Assembly (NCBI GenBank): GCA_001794055.1
Contig: MGJB01000006.1
Span: forward strand, 90,168 to 154,167
DNA length: 64,000 nucleotides
DNA from: Candidatus Yanofskybacteria bacterium RIFCSPHIGHO2_01_FULL_41_26
GTDB lineage: Bacteria; Patescibacteriota; Minisyncoccia; 2-02-FULL-40-12; GWA2-44-9
Direction of reading: 5' to 3'
Shown in pieces: positions 1 through 11,876 of the stretch. The notes under the pieces were generated by a model. That model was given only the letters and a program-made list of their open reading frames with translations, was not told where the DNA came from and ran no database searches. Each line of letters begins with the position of its first letter. Position 1 is the stretch's first letter. A program made the position numbers and the translations under genes.

Positions 1-1273
<1,273 letters not shown>

Positions 1274-1297
<24 letters not shown>

Positions 1298-2464
1298 AAC
1301 CCCTTTAAAATCTTCCTCGATAAACTTGAAAATAGTTTCGACTCTCTTTTGCCAAGTATAATTTTTAACTTCTTCAAAGGCCTTTTTGGTTAATTTTTGG
1401 GATTCGTTTGGATTTTTCAAAACAAATTTAATGCCACCAGCCAAGGCCAAAGCGTCATCCGAGTTTACTGGAACAGAATTTTTTTCATTTAAAATTTCTC
1501 TTAAGGAAGGCAGGTCCGAGGCGACAATAGGCCGTTTAGATGCCATATATTCAAACATTTTTAAAGGCGAGGTGTAAGATCTTGATATTTCTTCTCTGGT
1601 AGAATTGGGCAATACAAGCACATCCGCCGCTTTCAAAAATAATGGTATCTGATTATAACGTTTGTGTTCCAAAATCAAAACATTATTCAATCCTTGTGCT
1701 TTTTGTTTAAAACTTTTTATATCACGCTCCGTCCCTCCTATAAATACAAACAACATTTTGCTGTCAGAAATTGGGAATCGATCATTAGAAATCAACCTTG
1801 CCGTCTGAAGCAAAGTTCCCGTTCCTTTCCACTCAAACAAATGCCCAGTATACATAACGATATTTTTGTCTGACGGCAGGCCCGTTTTAACCCTTGCTTC
1901 CTGTTTCGATATATCAATGTCAAAATCCGATAAATCAACTCCATCAGAAGCTACGAGTATATTTTCCGGCCTAAAACCAATTTTTGTAAAGTTTTCTTTA
2001 AGGTGTTTGGTAATAACCACAACCTTTAAATTTATACTTTTAAATCTTTTGTAAAATAGTTTACGACAACTCGAAAAATTATGAGCTTCATAAATTAAAT
2101 TTTTCCTGAAAAAACTTAACAAAAAAAGGGGCATCTCGTCTCTGGAGAAAACAAGGTCAGTCCGTTGAGATAATGCAGAAAAACTTAAAAAAAACGCTGA
2201 TATAAAACTTTTTATATAAAAAGATATTTTGTCTAATTTGCCCGCAAAATAAAAGTCGGGGGCCCAAATTTTTTTAACTGTAAAATTATTTTTTACAGAG
2301 TAATACGAATATATGTCTTCTCTGATAAACGGATTTCTCCTGTGCGGAAAAATTAGGGTAACGCTAAAACCTAAATTGGCCATTGCTTCGCATGTTTTGG
2401 CGATCTGAATACCATAAGCCTTTTCTGTTGGAAGACGGAGGTTGGCGATATAAGTTAATGTCAT
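1274..2464 (-). CDS. glycosyltransferase family 1 (GT4)
   Basis: C-terminal GT-B motif EEISRSYTSPLKMFEYMASKRPIVASDLPSLREIL (EX7E-like). Confidence 0.85.
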
Positions 2465-3624
2465 AGAGACTGGAAAAAATTATAAAATTTATTCGCCACA
2501 ACCTTATAACTGAAATTTTCTTCAACGTATCTTTTTCCGGCCTTCCCCAATTTATTTCTTAAGCCTTCATCTTTTCCCAGCCTTAACATGGCCTCAATCA
2601 AACCTTTTATATTCTCTGGTTCAACCAACAAGCCTGTCACTCCATCCAAAACAACCTCCTCAACAGACCCTGTCCGGGTAGAAATTACCGGCACTTCCAT
2701 TAACAATGCCTCGGCCATGGAATATCCGAATTGCTCCTCCCATCCGCCAAAAGAAATACTGGGATATAAAAAAACATGAGAAATAGACAAAAGTTCCCTA
2801 AGTCCAATAGGGTTAAGCCAAGAAATTTTTGTTATGTTGTCTTCTAGACCAAATTCAATTACCAGTTTCGATATTTCGTTTTCATATTCCCCCGTTCCGG
2901 CTATCATTAAATGGACATTCGGTAAAACAGAAAAAACCTGCTTAAAAGCACGGATTATATTGTGTATGCCTTTTCTGTATCCTATCGCTCCGGCAAAAGA
3001 AAAGACCAGCTTATTCTTGAGGCCATGGATTTTTAAAAACTCGTCAGCATCTACTTTGTGAAAAAAGTCTGCATCAACACCACTCATAGGAATAACGGCA
3101 ATTGGCTTCTTGGTCAAATTTTTAAATATTTTTTCAGCCTTGCGATTGCCGCAAATTATACCGTCAGATAATAACAGATTTAACTTTATGATAACTTTCT
3201 TTAATAAAAGATTTGGTCCCTTAAATTTATTCTCGTAAGGAATGTTCTCCCAAGTGAAAATGACATGCTTGAGACCTAAGAATTTAGACCAGAATGCTTG
3301 ATAAAGCGTGGTAATAAGAATAGGTTCGCTCGAACTATAAACAAGGTTAATCTTTTTTTTTCTCTTTAACCGCCACAAAATAAAAGGGAAAATAGGCATC
3401 CATCCCTTAAATAATCCCCCGATGACAGGGTAGTGGGAATGATGAAAATAGGCCTTGGCGCTGAACACATTTGAATCTTTTGACGGATAATAAACTATTT
3501 TGCCATTTTTAACTTTCCATGATTCCGGCAAAAGAAAAAAAATCTTGCCTTGAGCAGGATAGTGCCGCCATGTGTTAAAATAATTTTCTCTAATATAAGG
3601 AAAGCCAGCTATTAAAATATTCAT
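2461..3624 (-). CDS. glycosyltransferase family 1 (GT4)
   Basis: GWEEQFGYSMAEALLMEVPVISTRTGSVEEVVLDGVTGLLVEP motif. Four-nt overlap with neighbours indicates an operon. An A9 homopolymer (poly-T at 3352-3361 on plus) lies inside the CDS. Confidence 0.85.
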   Translation of the reverse strand: MNILIAGFPYIRENYFNTWRHYPAQGKIFFLLPESWKVKNGKIVYYPSKDSNVFSAKAYFHHSHYPVIGGLFKGWMPIFPFILWRLKRKKKINLVYSSSEPILITTLYQAFWSKFLGLKHVIFTWENIPYENKFKGPNLLLKKVIIKLNLLLSDGIICGNRKAEKIFKNLTKKPIAVIPMSGVDADFFHKVDADEFLKIHGLKNKLVFSFAGAIGYRKGIHNIIRAFKQVFSVLPNVHLMIAGTGEYENEISKLVIEFGLEDNITKISWLNPIGLRELLSISHVFLYPSISFGGWEEQFGYSMAEALLMEVPVISTRTGSVEEVVLDGVTGLLVEPENIKGLIEAMLRLGKDEGLRNKLGKAGKRYVEENFSYKVVANKFYNFFQSL

Positions 3625-4667
3625 GATTCGCGTATGTGTTTTAACAATTCACCCGCTAAAATACTACTGGCAAGCTTCTCGTTGAATAACGTCTTGGCCC
3701 CTTCGCCGATAATACGGCTGCGATCGGAAGAATTCTTCAGAAATCTAATTTTTTCAGCAAGATCTTCGGGGTCGGCCTTACGGCAAAATAATACATTTTC
3801 TCCATCGCTCAAAAGTTCCCTTGCGGCCGGCGTATCGGCAGTTATTACCGGTTTTCCCATCGCTATTGCTTCATAAACCTTATTCGGTATGACCAGATCC
3901 GTTTTTGGACTATCACCGAAGATGCCTAGACAAATATCGGCCATGGCGACATGTTCAGTCAGATCGAAATAGGACATTTTATCAATAAAATTAATATTTT
4001 TAACATCCAGATCAGCTGCTAATTTTCTATTTTTTTCGTATGTTTGACCTCGGCCTATCAAATTAAACATGATATTCTCTTTTTCAAGTAATTTAGCCGC
4101 TCGGATAATATATTCTACTCCTTGTAGGGGTATATAATAACCGTGAAAATGAACTAAGAACTTATCTTCCTTTTTTGCTGATTCTCTCGGATAAAAAACA
4201 TCTTCGTCGGCGCCGACAAATATCCTTTTAAACTTGTCGGGCGGTAATCCAAATTCTTCAACAAAAAAATTAACATGAGCGTTTGTATCTAATAATACAA
4301 GATCGGCCAAACGACAGGAAAATTTATCGATCCAACGATAATATTTGGCTCGCCAACTGGTCTTGTTAAAATATTGCCGGTCTAAAATGTAGCCGCCATA
4401 ATGAGAAGTAAAGGCATCAAATACAATAGGCTTGAATGTTAGTAATCTGGCTAGAAACATTACCTCCTGACCAGGAAAACCTACTATCATTACATCAAAT
4501 TTTCGTCTTAATTTCAAATACTTTAGAATTAGTTTTAAATATTTAAAAAAGGATTTTATTTCCTCACGACATTCTACAATCTCTGTTCCGTTTTGTTTTA
4601 ATCCCTTTATCAATACTCTATTTCGAGAATAATCGGGATTATATACGCCAAAATACAAAATTCTCAT
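3621..4667 (-). CDS. glycosyltransferase family 1 (GT4)
   Basis: YEAIAMGKPVITADTPAARELLSDGENVLFCRKADPEDLAEKI GT-B C-terminal motif. Confidence 0.85.
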   Translation of the reverse strand: MRILYFGVYNPDYSRNRVLIKGLKQNGTEIVECREEIKSFFKYLKLILKYLKLRRKFDVMIVGFPGQEVMFLARLLTFKPIVFDAFTSHYGGYILDRQYFNKTSWRAKYYRWIDKFSCRLADLVLLDTNAHVNFFVEEFGLPPDKFKRIFVGADEDVFYPRESAKKEDKFLVHFHGYYIPLQGVEYIIRAAKLLEKENIMFNLIGRGQTYEKNRKLAADLDVKNINFIDKMSYFDLTEHVAMADICLGIFGDSPKTDLVIPNKVYEAIAMGKPVITADTPAARELLSDGENVLFCRKADPEDLAEKIRFLKNSSDRSRIIGEGAKTLFNEKLASSILAGELLKHIRES

Positions 4668-4757
4668 TTGTTTTATCTATTAGGCCTGTTGGCTAAATAT
4701 ACAGGCTTCGTGTATTATACTTACATAACATAAAAGTCAGGTCAAATTAAGATAACT

Positions 4758-5576
4758 ATGATTACTTTCAGGAAATTAGGACTCTTAGGGAGGTTTGGCA
4801 ATCAGCTTTTTCAATATGCCGGCGCCAGAATGTACGCGGATATCAATGGATTTAAGAGCGCTTTTCCAGGTTGGGTTGGTAATAAAATTTTCGAAAATAT
4901 CATATCTTATAACAATCGCGAGTATCTGTTGAGCCGGTTTTTGCCAACTCGACAATTAAACGACTTTCTCTCTTATACCCGCACAGACAAAATAAAATAC
5001 ATGCTTCGTCTTCAGAAACAACTGCCCCAAACTATTGCACTGAATAAATTATATGCGCATCCGGAAGATAATATAAACTTTTTAGGATATTTCCAAAATG
5101 AATTGAGTTTAAAAATATTAAAGGAAAGAAAAAATTACGTTTTAGGTTGGTTTGTTTTTAAAAAAGATATCGCTGATGAGTTTAAAAAGGTAACTCAAAA
5201 CTATAAGCCCTGGACAGGAATTCATATTCGAAGAGGCGACTTTGTAAAAAGGGGCCTTTCTCTGCCGGTTTTTCTTTACAAAGATTTTTTAAAAAGTGTC
5301 GACAAAAAAAATATTTATATTTCCTGTGATGACCCGGAAACAATCTCTGAATTTAAAGATTACTCGCTTATAAGACCAGCAAATCCCTTGCCCGAAATAC
5401 CTAATTTTATCTTTGACTTTTGGATGTTAAAAGAGTCAGAGATGGTTTTGGGTTGCGGTTCGACTTTCTCTTGGTGGGCGGCTTATTTAGGTAACCGAAA
5501 CAATTATTTCAGTCCACCGCTGACTCATTTGTGGCCAAAAGGATATAAACCGACATTAGGAAAAATGGATATCTGA
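4758..5576 (+). CDS. alpha-1,2-fucosyltransferase (GT11)
   Basis: Matches GT11/FutC signature blocks: GRFGNQLFQYA (GGLGNQMFQYA), GYFQN, IHIRRGDF (HxRRGDY) and STFSWWAAYL. Divergently transcribed from the GT4 operon. Confidence 0.8.
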   Translation: MITFRKLGLLGRFGNQLFQYAGARMYADINGFKSAFPGWVGNKIFENIISYNNREYLLSRFLPTRQLNDFLSYTRTDKIKYMLRLQKQLPQTIALNKLYAHPEDNINFLGYFQNELSLKILKERKNYVLGWFVFKKDIADEFKKVTQNYKPWTGIHIRRGDFVKRGLSLPVFLYKDFLKSVDKKNIYISCDDPETISEFKDYSLIRPANPLPEIPNFIFDFWMLKESEMVLGCGSTFSWWAAYLGNRNNYFSPPLTHLWPKGYKPTLGKMDI

Positions 5577-5582
5577 ATTTTA

Positions 5583-6584
5583 TCATTTGAACAAATGAAT
5601 TATTTTCATGGCCCTCTGCTTTAAAGTGTGGTCTTTCAACAGACGTTCATGGCCCGCTTTTGCAATAACTTGTCTTTCATTCTCATGTTTGAGATAATAG
5701 TCAACCTTGGATTGCAGGTCGTTTAGATCTCGAAAAATAACTATTTCTTTGCCTGGAATAAAAAGATCTTCCACATCCTTTCGCCAGTCAGAGATCTGAA
5801 AACCTCCGGCCGCGACAATTTCAAACGTCTTAACATTAACGCCGTTTGTTGCCGGTCTTGTATTCATATTTAGACAAATCTTCGCACGTTTATACGCCTT
5901 GACTGATTCGGCTGCATTAAGCGGCCCGAAATATCTGTCAGCCAATTGGGTCTTCTCCCATCCGCTCCAGCCGAATATTTTTATGTCATAATTTTTAAGA
6001 GCCAATAAGGCCTCCGCCCTTTCCGGATATGCCGCCCCAATAAAACAAATGTCGCATTGAAATTTTTCTTTATCTTTTTCGATAATATCGGCGCCAAGTT
6101 CAACCGGATCAGCTCCGAATGGCACATATTTTATCTTATTTGGAAACTCTAACGTCCTTCTTTCCGTGATCGATGAATCAAATGTCAAGAAAAAATCGTA
6201 ATAGGCGTAACGCGATAAAAACCATTTGTCATATGGGGGGCGATAAATATTCTCTGGAAACCAATTTGCGGTTTTTATGCCCATCTCTTTAATCTTGTTT
6301 AACGTGTTGGGCCTGACACTGGTTGCTTTTATAAACAAAACTGCTTGCGGTTTGAAATTAACACAAGCCAAGATTAATTTATTCTCCAAAAGTTTTTTAT
6401 TGAACTGCCTTAAATGCGGAGTCTTTCTCGCTATGTTCCATAATACAGAAATTTTTCCTAAAAATTTAGGAAGAAAATGCGCCATCCGTTCCTCTATATA
6501 AAAAATATCAACGCCGCAAGCAATAAATGCTCTTTTAATTTGATCATTATAATCGGAATGAGGTGCGACAATTATCAGTTTCAT
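5583..6584 (-). CDS. CgeB-like glycosyltransferase (DUF3880/Glyco_trans_1_2-like)
   Basis: C-terminal KAYKRAKICLNMNTRPATNGVNVKTFEIVAAGGFQISDW...LKHENERQVIAKAGHERLLKDHT resembles the CgeB spore-maturation GT family. Confidence 0.55.
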   Translation of the reverse strand: MKLIIVAPHSDYNDQIKRAFIACGVDIFYIEERMAHFLPKFLGKISVLWNIARKTPHLRQFNKKLLENKLILACVNFKPQAVLFIKATSVRPNTLNKIKEMGIKTANWFPENIYRPPYDKWFLSRYAYYDFFLTFDSSITERRTLEFPNKIKYVPFGADPVELGADIIEKDKEKFQCDICFIGAAYPERAEALLALKNYDIKIFGWSGWEKTQLADRYFGPLNAAESVKAYKRAKICLNMNTRPATNGVNVKTFEIVAAGGFQISDWRKDVEDLFIPGKEIVIFRDLNDLQSKVDYYLKHENERQVIAKAGHERLLKDHTLKQRAMKIIHLFK

Positions 6585-6607
6585 TTTTTAATATTCTCGA
6601 TAGAACT

Positions 6608-7660
6608 TCATGTAAACATACCGCTTATTTTAGATATAATTTTTTTTAGATCATGATGTTTAACAACAGATTCTTCTAAACTTTCGCTCATTTCCTTTAT
6701 TTTTTCAGAAGATAACTTCAGAAAATCCTCTACTTTATCTGCTAAATCTTCCGCATTTCCATATTCAAACAGCAAATACTTTTCGTAACCAGCCAAATAC
6801 GGAACAAAAACAGGATTAGCAACAAAAACCATACATCTCATAGCCATCGCCTCCAGAACCACCTTATCAATTCCGCCCTTAGGCGCAGGATTAATTAAAA
6901 TATCGGCTTTTTTGTAGTATTCAGTGGTCTGACCATAAGGAATAAATCCGATAAATTCCACTTGATTATTTAAATTTAACTCTCCGACTAATTTTTTCAA
7001 ATCTTCAAAATACTTAAAATCTGGAGGCATTACTGGTTGGCCGACTATTTTCAACTTAAAATTCAATCCTCTACTTTTTAAAATTCCCATCGCCTTAATA
7101 AGAGTTTCGAAATTCCTAATTCTAGAAATCCGCCCTATGCTTAAAATCATTAGTTCATGACTCGATGTTCTTGATTCAAGGTTTTTAAATCTATTTATGT
7201 TGATCCCATGGCCAATTTCAACTATTTTTTTGCTTTTTAAATTTAAACTTTCTTTTGCGGCTGTAGCAATTCTGTAAGCAAGTCTCTCGGCTATCTTTAA
7301 TTTTAAAGTTACTGAGCGATGTAAATACCACAAAATTATTTTTTTTCTGTATAAAAAAGTGAGTGGCCAGGAAGCAATAACGAATATCGGCGAGGAGTAT
7401 GCAAAAATGCCGCTGGAGCTTGGTACAAATCGCGCTAGGTGCCAGTAAAAAATAATCGCCTGCGTAAATTTAGACAGACCGCGCTCTTTACCAAGTGAAT
7501 AGATGTGGACCTTTTCTGGCAATGTATATATACCCTTCGAAACAGTTATAATATTAACTTCGCTGAAGTTTTTTGCAAACTCTCTTATCCAGTCAATAAA
7601 AAACCCGCGATGGTTGTCGTTCTCATCAACTTTCTGGGTTATAATTAATAAATTTTTCAT
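6608..7660 (-). CDS. glycosyltransferase family 1 (GT4)
   Basis: GGIDKVVLEAMAMRCMVFVANPVFVPYLAGYEK GT-B motif. Confidence 0.75.
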   Translation of the reverse strand: MKNLLIITQKVDENDNHRGFFIDWIREFAKNFSEVNIITVSKGIYTLPEKVHIYSLGKERGLSKFTQAIIFYWHLARFVPSSSGIFAYSSPIFVIASWPLTFLYRKKIILWYLHRSVTLKLKIAERLAYRIATAAKESLNLKSKKIVEIGHGININRFKNLESRTSSHELMILSIGRISRIRNFETLIKAMGILKSRGLNFKLKIVGQPVMPPDFKYFEDLKKLVGELNLNNQVEFIGFIPYGQTTEYYKKADILINPAPKGGIDKVVLEAMAMRCMVFVANPVFVPYLAGYEKYLLFEYGNAEDLADKVEDFLKLSSEKIKEMSESLEESVVKHHDLKKIISKISGMFT

Positions 7661-8799
7661 TTTAACAAATTTTGAAGTTTTTCAGCGTAATCTTTTATTG
7701 TCGCTTTCTTTTCAAATTGTCCCACTATCTCCAGACCGCCTTGGCTATATTTTTGATACAAATCAGGGCTATTCAGCAGCTCTATTGCCTTGTGGGCTAT
7801 ATAATTAGCCTCCCAAGCCACAATCTCGCCCTCCAAGCCGTTTTTAAGCAAATCAGGCACTATTCCAACTGGGGTTGCCAGAACCGGCACCCCACAGGCC
7901 ATAGCCTCAACCACGACCCGAGGACCACCTTCATTAAAAGACGACATCACAAGAATCTTTGATTGATTAAGCAATTTGGCAACTTCTTGAGAATCCTTGG
8001 CCCAACCATAAAGTAAGACGTTATCTTGCAATTTCCAATTTTCAATTTTCGACTCACAATAATTTTTAAGTGACCCGTCTCCAACTATAAGAATTCTTAA
8101 TTTAAAACCTTGAACTTTGAGTTTTTTTGCCGCTTCTATTAATAGAACGATTCCCTTGTTGGGCTCTAATCGGCCGATGAAAATTAAATCATATTCTTTA
8201 GGCAAATTCATCGGCTTGAACATGTTCAAATCTATATATATTGACGGAATATAAGTAATTTTATTTTCAGGCACTCCGGCTTTCACTAAAAATTCGAGGG
8301 TTTGTTTTTGATTGACGACCCTGACCGCTGTTGCTTTTGAAGCATCAAACTTTATCAACCACCCCATTAAAATCCGATAGACGCTTTCTTTTGGGTTTGC
8401 CGCTTTTGGGTATCCGGAAATGTGGTGGATCTCAAGAACATAAGGAACTTTAGTTTTAAGCCACAATAATCTTGCTCCGATCCCATTATAAAAAGGTGGG
8501 AATTCGTGCACGATCATCAGGTCGAATTTCTGCTCTTTATAGATTTCCATCCCTTTCTTCAGAAACCAAAATGGATGAAGAATCAATGGCCAAGGTGAAA
8601 TGTGAACATAAACATTCCCAAACAGAGGTTCAGCCTTGGGGAGATTTGAGATTGAACCTATGTAAGTTTTAGGTGAAATGATATCAATCCTATCCCAATA
8701 TTTATGGAACTCTTCCAGAGTATTATAAAATGCCCCTTTTTTGCCGGAGGCCAAATCTTTCGCGCTACCTAATCCTGTTATCATCAAGAGTTTTGCCAT
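7657..8799 (-). CDS. glycosyltransferase family 1 (GT4)
   Basis: FNEGGPRVVVEAMACGVPVLATPVGIVPDLLKNGLEGEIV motif. Confidence 0.85.
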   Translation of the reverse strand: MAKLLMITGLGSAKDLASGKKGAFYNTLEEFHKYWDRIDIISPKTYIGSISNLPKAEPLFGNVYVHISPWPLILHPFWFLKKGMEIYKEQKFDLMIVHEFPPFYNGIGARLLWLKTKVPYVLEIHHISGYPKAANPKESVYRILMGWLIKFDASKATAVRVVNQKQTLEFLVKAGVPENKITYIPSIYIDLNMFKPMNLPKEYDLIFIGRLEPNKGIVLLIEAAKKLKVQGFKLRILIVGDGSLKNYCESKIENWKLQDNVLLYGWAKDSQEVAKLLNQSKILVMSSFNEGGPRVVVEAMACGVPVLATPVGIVPDLLKNGLEGEIVAWEANYIAHKAIELLNSPDLYQKYSQGGLEIVGQFEKKATIKDYAEKLQNLLK

Positions 8800-8800
8800 A

Positions 8801-9964
8801 TCAATTTATTAACACTCTAATAGTTTCTTCAAACATTTTTTCCGAACTGAAATGCTCTGCCGTTTTTTTTCCTTCTTTCTTGAATTCTTCTCGTAATTCC
8901 AGGTCTTGCCAAAGAGATCTAATGGCCTCAATGAGATTAAACTCATCCTGATATTTAACCATAAAGCCGTTTTCTCCCTGTCTGACAATTTCTTTGTTTC
9001 CTCCCACAGCTGTCGTAATAACAGGCACACCGGCTGTCATAGCTTCCAGTATTTGATGCGAAAAACCTTCATAACCGCTATTGAGAACAAACGTGTCCGC
9101 CGCCGCCAGATAAGTTGCCAGCTCTTCCTGCGATTTTCTACCGACCAGATAAACCTTTCTTTCCAAACCAAGATTTTTGACCATTGATTCCAATATTTTT
9201 TTGTCAGACCCATCACCAACTATAACCAAACGGAAAAGTTGGCTTATATCCGAAAGGCGGGGCATGATCTTAATCAACATGCGAAACCCTTTCCAAGGCA
9301 CCAAACGCCCTGCGGATAATAAAATATCTCCATAAATGCCTACTTTTTTCTTAGCTTCTTCTTGACCGATGTCCGCGCTCTTAAAAGCAACCCCATTGTA
9401 GATGGTTGTAATTTTATCACCCGAAACGCCCCAGCCCCGGACAATTCCGGCCAGATACTTAGAAGGAACAATAATCTCATCGGCACTTTTACAAGCTCGA
9501 ACCTGAACTTTATGCAAAAAGCCTATCCAGCCGGTTTTTTTTGCTTTTTGAAAATCATCTATAAGCAGGTCTGTTTTATTTTTTTCCACTGCCACTTGCC
9601 AGGCATAATCACCGGCTATTCTAAGATAAAACTTCTTTTTAAAAAATCTTGCTCCAATCAAAGATGGAATTGCTCCGCTTAAAGTGCTCAACGAATATAC
9701 GATGTCGCTGTTTTTGCAGGTAAAGAAAACTTTCAAACCAAATGAGGCATGTTTAAAAAACCAAAAATTTTTCTTCCAAACACGTTTCACTTTAAACTGA
9801 TAATTTTTATCTTGCTCATGTTTTCTGACTGATGAGTATGTAATAACTTTAACTTTATAATCTTTTGACAATCTTTGAGCCAAAATTCTGACATACGAAG
9901 CCGGTCCGCCTATATCAGGAGGAAAGATACCTGTCACAATCAAGATGTTTTTTACTTTTTTCAT
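8801..9964 (-). CDS. glycosyltransferase family 1 (GT4)
   Basis: YEGFSHQILEAMTAGVPVITTAVGGNKEIVRQGENGFMV motif. Confidence 0.85.
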   Translation of the reverse strand: MKKVKNILIVTGIFPPDIGGPASYVRILAQRLSKDYKVKVITYSSVRKHEQDKNYQFKVKRVWKKNFWFFKHASFGLKVFFTCKNSDIVYSLSTLSGAIPSLIGARFFKKKFYLRIAGDYAWQVAVEKNKTDLLIDDFQKAKKTGWIGFLHKVQVRACKSADEIIVPSKYLAGIVRGWGVSGDKITTIYNGVAFKSADIGQEEAKKKVGIYGDILLSAGRLVPWKGFRMLIKIMPRLSDISQLFRLVIVGDGSDKKILESMVKNLGLERKVYLVGRKSQEELATYLAAADTFVLNSGYEGFSHQILEAMTAGVPVITTAVGGNKEIVRQGENGFMVKYQDEFNLIEAIRSLWQDLELREEFKKEGKKTAEHFSSEKMFEETIRVLIN

Positions 9965-10728
9965 TTGATAAACAAATTAAATCTAATTATATGCCAGATT
10001 GCCGCCAATCCATCTTTCCAATTTATCTTTTTACCGTCTTGATAAGTCCTGCCGCTATACGAAATTGGCACTTCAATAACTTTAAAATGTAACTTTCCGA
10101 TCCAAGCAGTTAATTCGGGATCAATACCAAATCTTTTGGATTTAAGATGGGGGTAGATTTGGTTTATTGAGTCCTTGGAAAAAACTTTATAGCAAGTGTA
10201 CATATCGGTTAGTTTAACTCCGCTTAAAATATTGGACATCCAGTTTAATGCCTGGCTGAACAGATAGCCACTTTTGTAAATAATTTTGTTTTTCTGTTCT
10301 GGTTTCATAAAACGCGAGCCATAGACAACATCGGCCTTGTTTTCTATTATGGGTGTTATCAGATTAGGGTATTCTTGCGGATTGTACTCAAGATCGGCAT
10401 CTTGAATTAAAATAATATCCCCCGCTGCCTCCTCGAACCCCCTTTTTGTAGCCGCACCTTTACCCATATTCTTATCTAAAAAAACGACATTATACTCCAC
10501 CTGTGGATAACCGACTTGCGAAGTCGGTATGTGGATAAGTTGATTTAGTATCTCTCTAGAGCCATCGGTTGATCCGTCATCAACTAAAATAATTTCTTTC
10601 TTGAGAGGCAAACTAACTGCCTCAACAGCATTGATTAATTTTCGCAAAGTTCTTTCTTCATTATAAACCGGGATAATGATGCTCAATTTTTTACAATCAA
10701 ATTCGTTCATAAATTTTAGCAAATTCAT
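9961..10728 (-). CDS. glycosyltransferase family 2 (dolichyl-phosphate hexose transferase-like)
   Basis: LSIIIPVYNEE...VDDGSTDGS...IQDADLEYNP GT-A DXD signature. Contains a degenerate in-frame REP copy at 10500-10540 encoding HIPTSQVGYPQV. Confidence 0.8.
   Translation of the reverse strand: MNLLKFMNEFDCKKLSIIIPVYNEERTLRKLINAVEAVSLPLKKEIILVDDGSTDGSREILNQLIHIPTSQVGYPQVEYNVVFLDKNMGKGAATKRGFEEAAGDIILIQDADLEYNPQEYPNLITPIIENKADVVYGSRFMKPEQKNKIIYKSGYLFSQALNWMSNILSGVKLTDMYTCYKVFSKDSINQIYPHLKSKRFGIDPELTAWIGKLHFKVIEVPISYSGRTYQDGKKINWKDGLAAIWHIIRFNLFIK
10500..10540. repeat. degenerate REP palindrome copy inside the GT2 CDS
   Basis: cctgtggataaccgacttgcgaagtcggtatgtggataag. The left arm and the stem ccgactt/aagtcgg are identical to the 39-bp REP at 26530, 37799 and 38548. 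The right arm is decayed. Confidence 0.6.
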
Positions 10729-11848
10729 TGGCTATAATATTCCAATTGTATTTCTCGGCAACCAATGCTCTGCCATTATTAATAATTTTTTCTCTTAACT
10801 GTTTGTCGCTTAGCAATAATATAATTTTTTCAGCTAAATCTTTAGGGTCGGAAACTTTGCAAAAAAGACCCGTCTGCCCGTTTTTTAAAAAATCAGGGAT
10901 TCCACCTACGGCCGTACCTACTATAGGCAATCCTGCCGCCATTGCCTCCAGAAACGCCGTGCCAAGACCCTCTGAAAGAGAAGGCCTGACAAAAATATCC
11001 GCCATAAATAAATATTTTGGCAATAAATCATTTGAAATGTCCCCCAAAAATTCAATGTGATTTTCCAACTTTAAATTTTTAACTTTTAACTTTAAATTTT
11101 TTTCTAACGGGCCGTCTCCCACTATCATTAGCTTGGCATCAGGAATTTCTCTGATAACCATGGCCACTGCTTCTATCAAATCTCCGATACCATTTTTCTT
11201 AACTAATCTCGAAACCGTAATAATGACTTTTTTGTGATTCATGATTCGTGATTCATGATTAGTGAATTTTTCCAAGTCTACTCCGTTTGGTATCACGCTT
11301 ATCGGTATTTTAGGATTTTGGGATTTAACATATTGTGCAAGATAATTACTGATCGCCGTAACTGAATCTGTTTTTCTAAAAATAAGATATCGGAAAAATC
11401 GCATCAACCACGACTGCTTATTTAAAACTTTCCCTTCCTGTATGGTGACGATGAGCGATGTTTTAGGATATATCCATTTCAGCAACCAACCTCCGCCAGC
11501 CGCCTGAGAAGCCTGAAAAGCATGAATGATATTATACTGGCCATATTTGCGCATCAACTGGTGCGCTTTTAAAAAAATAGCTATTGGGAAAAAATTTTTG
11601 GGCAATAAAAAATTGAGAAGGCTAAAGGAATTACCGACGCGATATATATTCACGTTGCCCATTTGTTCAAATGCAGGGATATTTTTTGATCCGCCTCCGC
11701 CAGTAGGGGCGGATGGCGGACGAGAGGTAATTAAATCAAAATAAATTCCAGGCAATCTGTCTGTTATGTTTTTTATAGCAAGCTCAGAACCGCCCACTTG
11801 AGGCAAATAAGCTGTAGTAAGTATTAGAACTCTGGATTTTTGAGTCAT
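10697..11848 (-). CDS. glycosyltransferase family 1 (GT4)
   Basis: SEGLGTAFLEAMAAGLPIVGTAVGGIPDFLKNGQTGLFC motif. Start moved to MTQKS (11848) to avoid overlap with the divergent gene. Contains a 7-nt x4 tandem repeat at 11237-11264. Confidence 0.8.
   Translation of the reverse strand: MTQKSRVLILTTAYLPQVGGSELAIKNITDRLPGIYFDLITSRPPSAPTGGGGSKNIPAFEQMGNVNIYRVGNSFSLLNFLLPKNFFPIAIFLKAHQLMRKYGQYNIIHAFQASQAAGGGWLLKWIYPKTSLIVTIQEGKVLNKQSWLMRFFRYLIFRKTDSVTAISNYLAQYVKSQNPKIPISVIPNGVDLEKFTNHESRIMNHKKVIITVSRLVKKNGIGDLIEAVAMVIREIPDAKLMIVGDGPLEKNLKLKVKNLKLENHIEFLGDISNDLLPKYLFMADIFVRPSLSEGLGTAFLEAMAAGLPIVGTAVGGIPDFLKNGQTGLFCKVSDPKDLAEKIILLLSDKQLREKIINNGRALVAEKYNWNIIANEFAKIYERI
11237..11264. repeat. heptanucleotide tandem repeat (RTGATTC)x4 inside a GT4 CDS
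   Basis: gtgattc atgattc gtgattc atgatta seen directly. Encodes HESRIMNH in the inter-domain linker. Confidence 0.6.
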
Positions 11849-11876
11849 TTTGTGGTAATTTTGGCATAAAATAACA

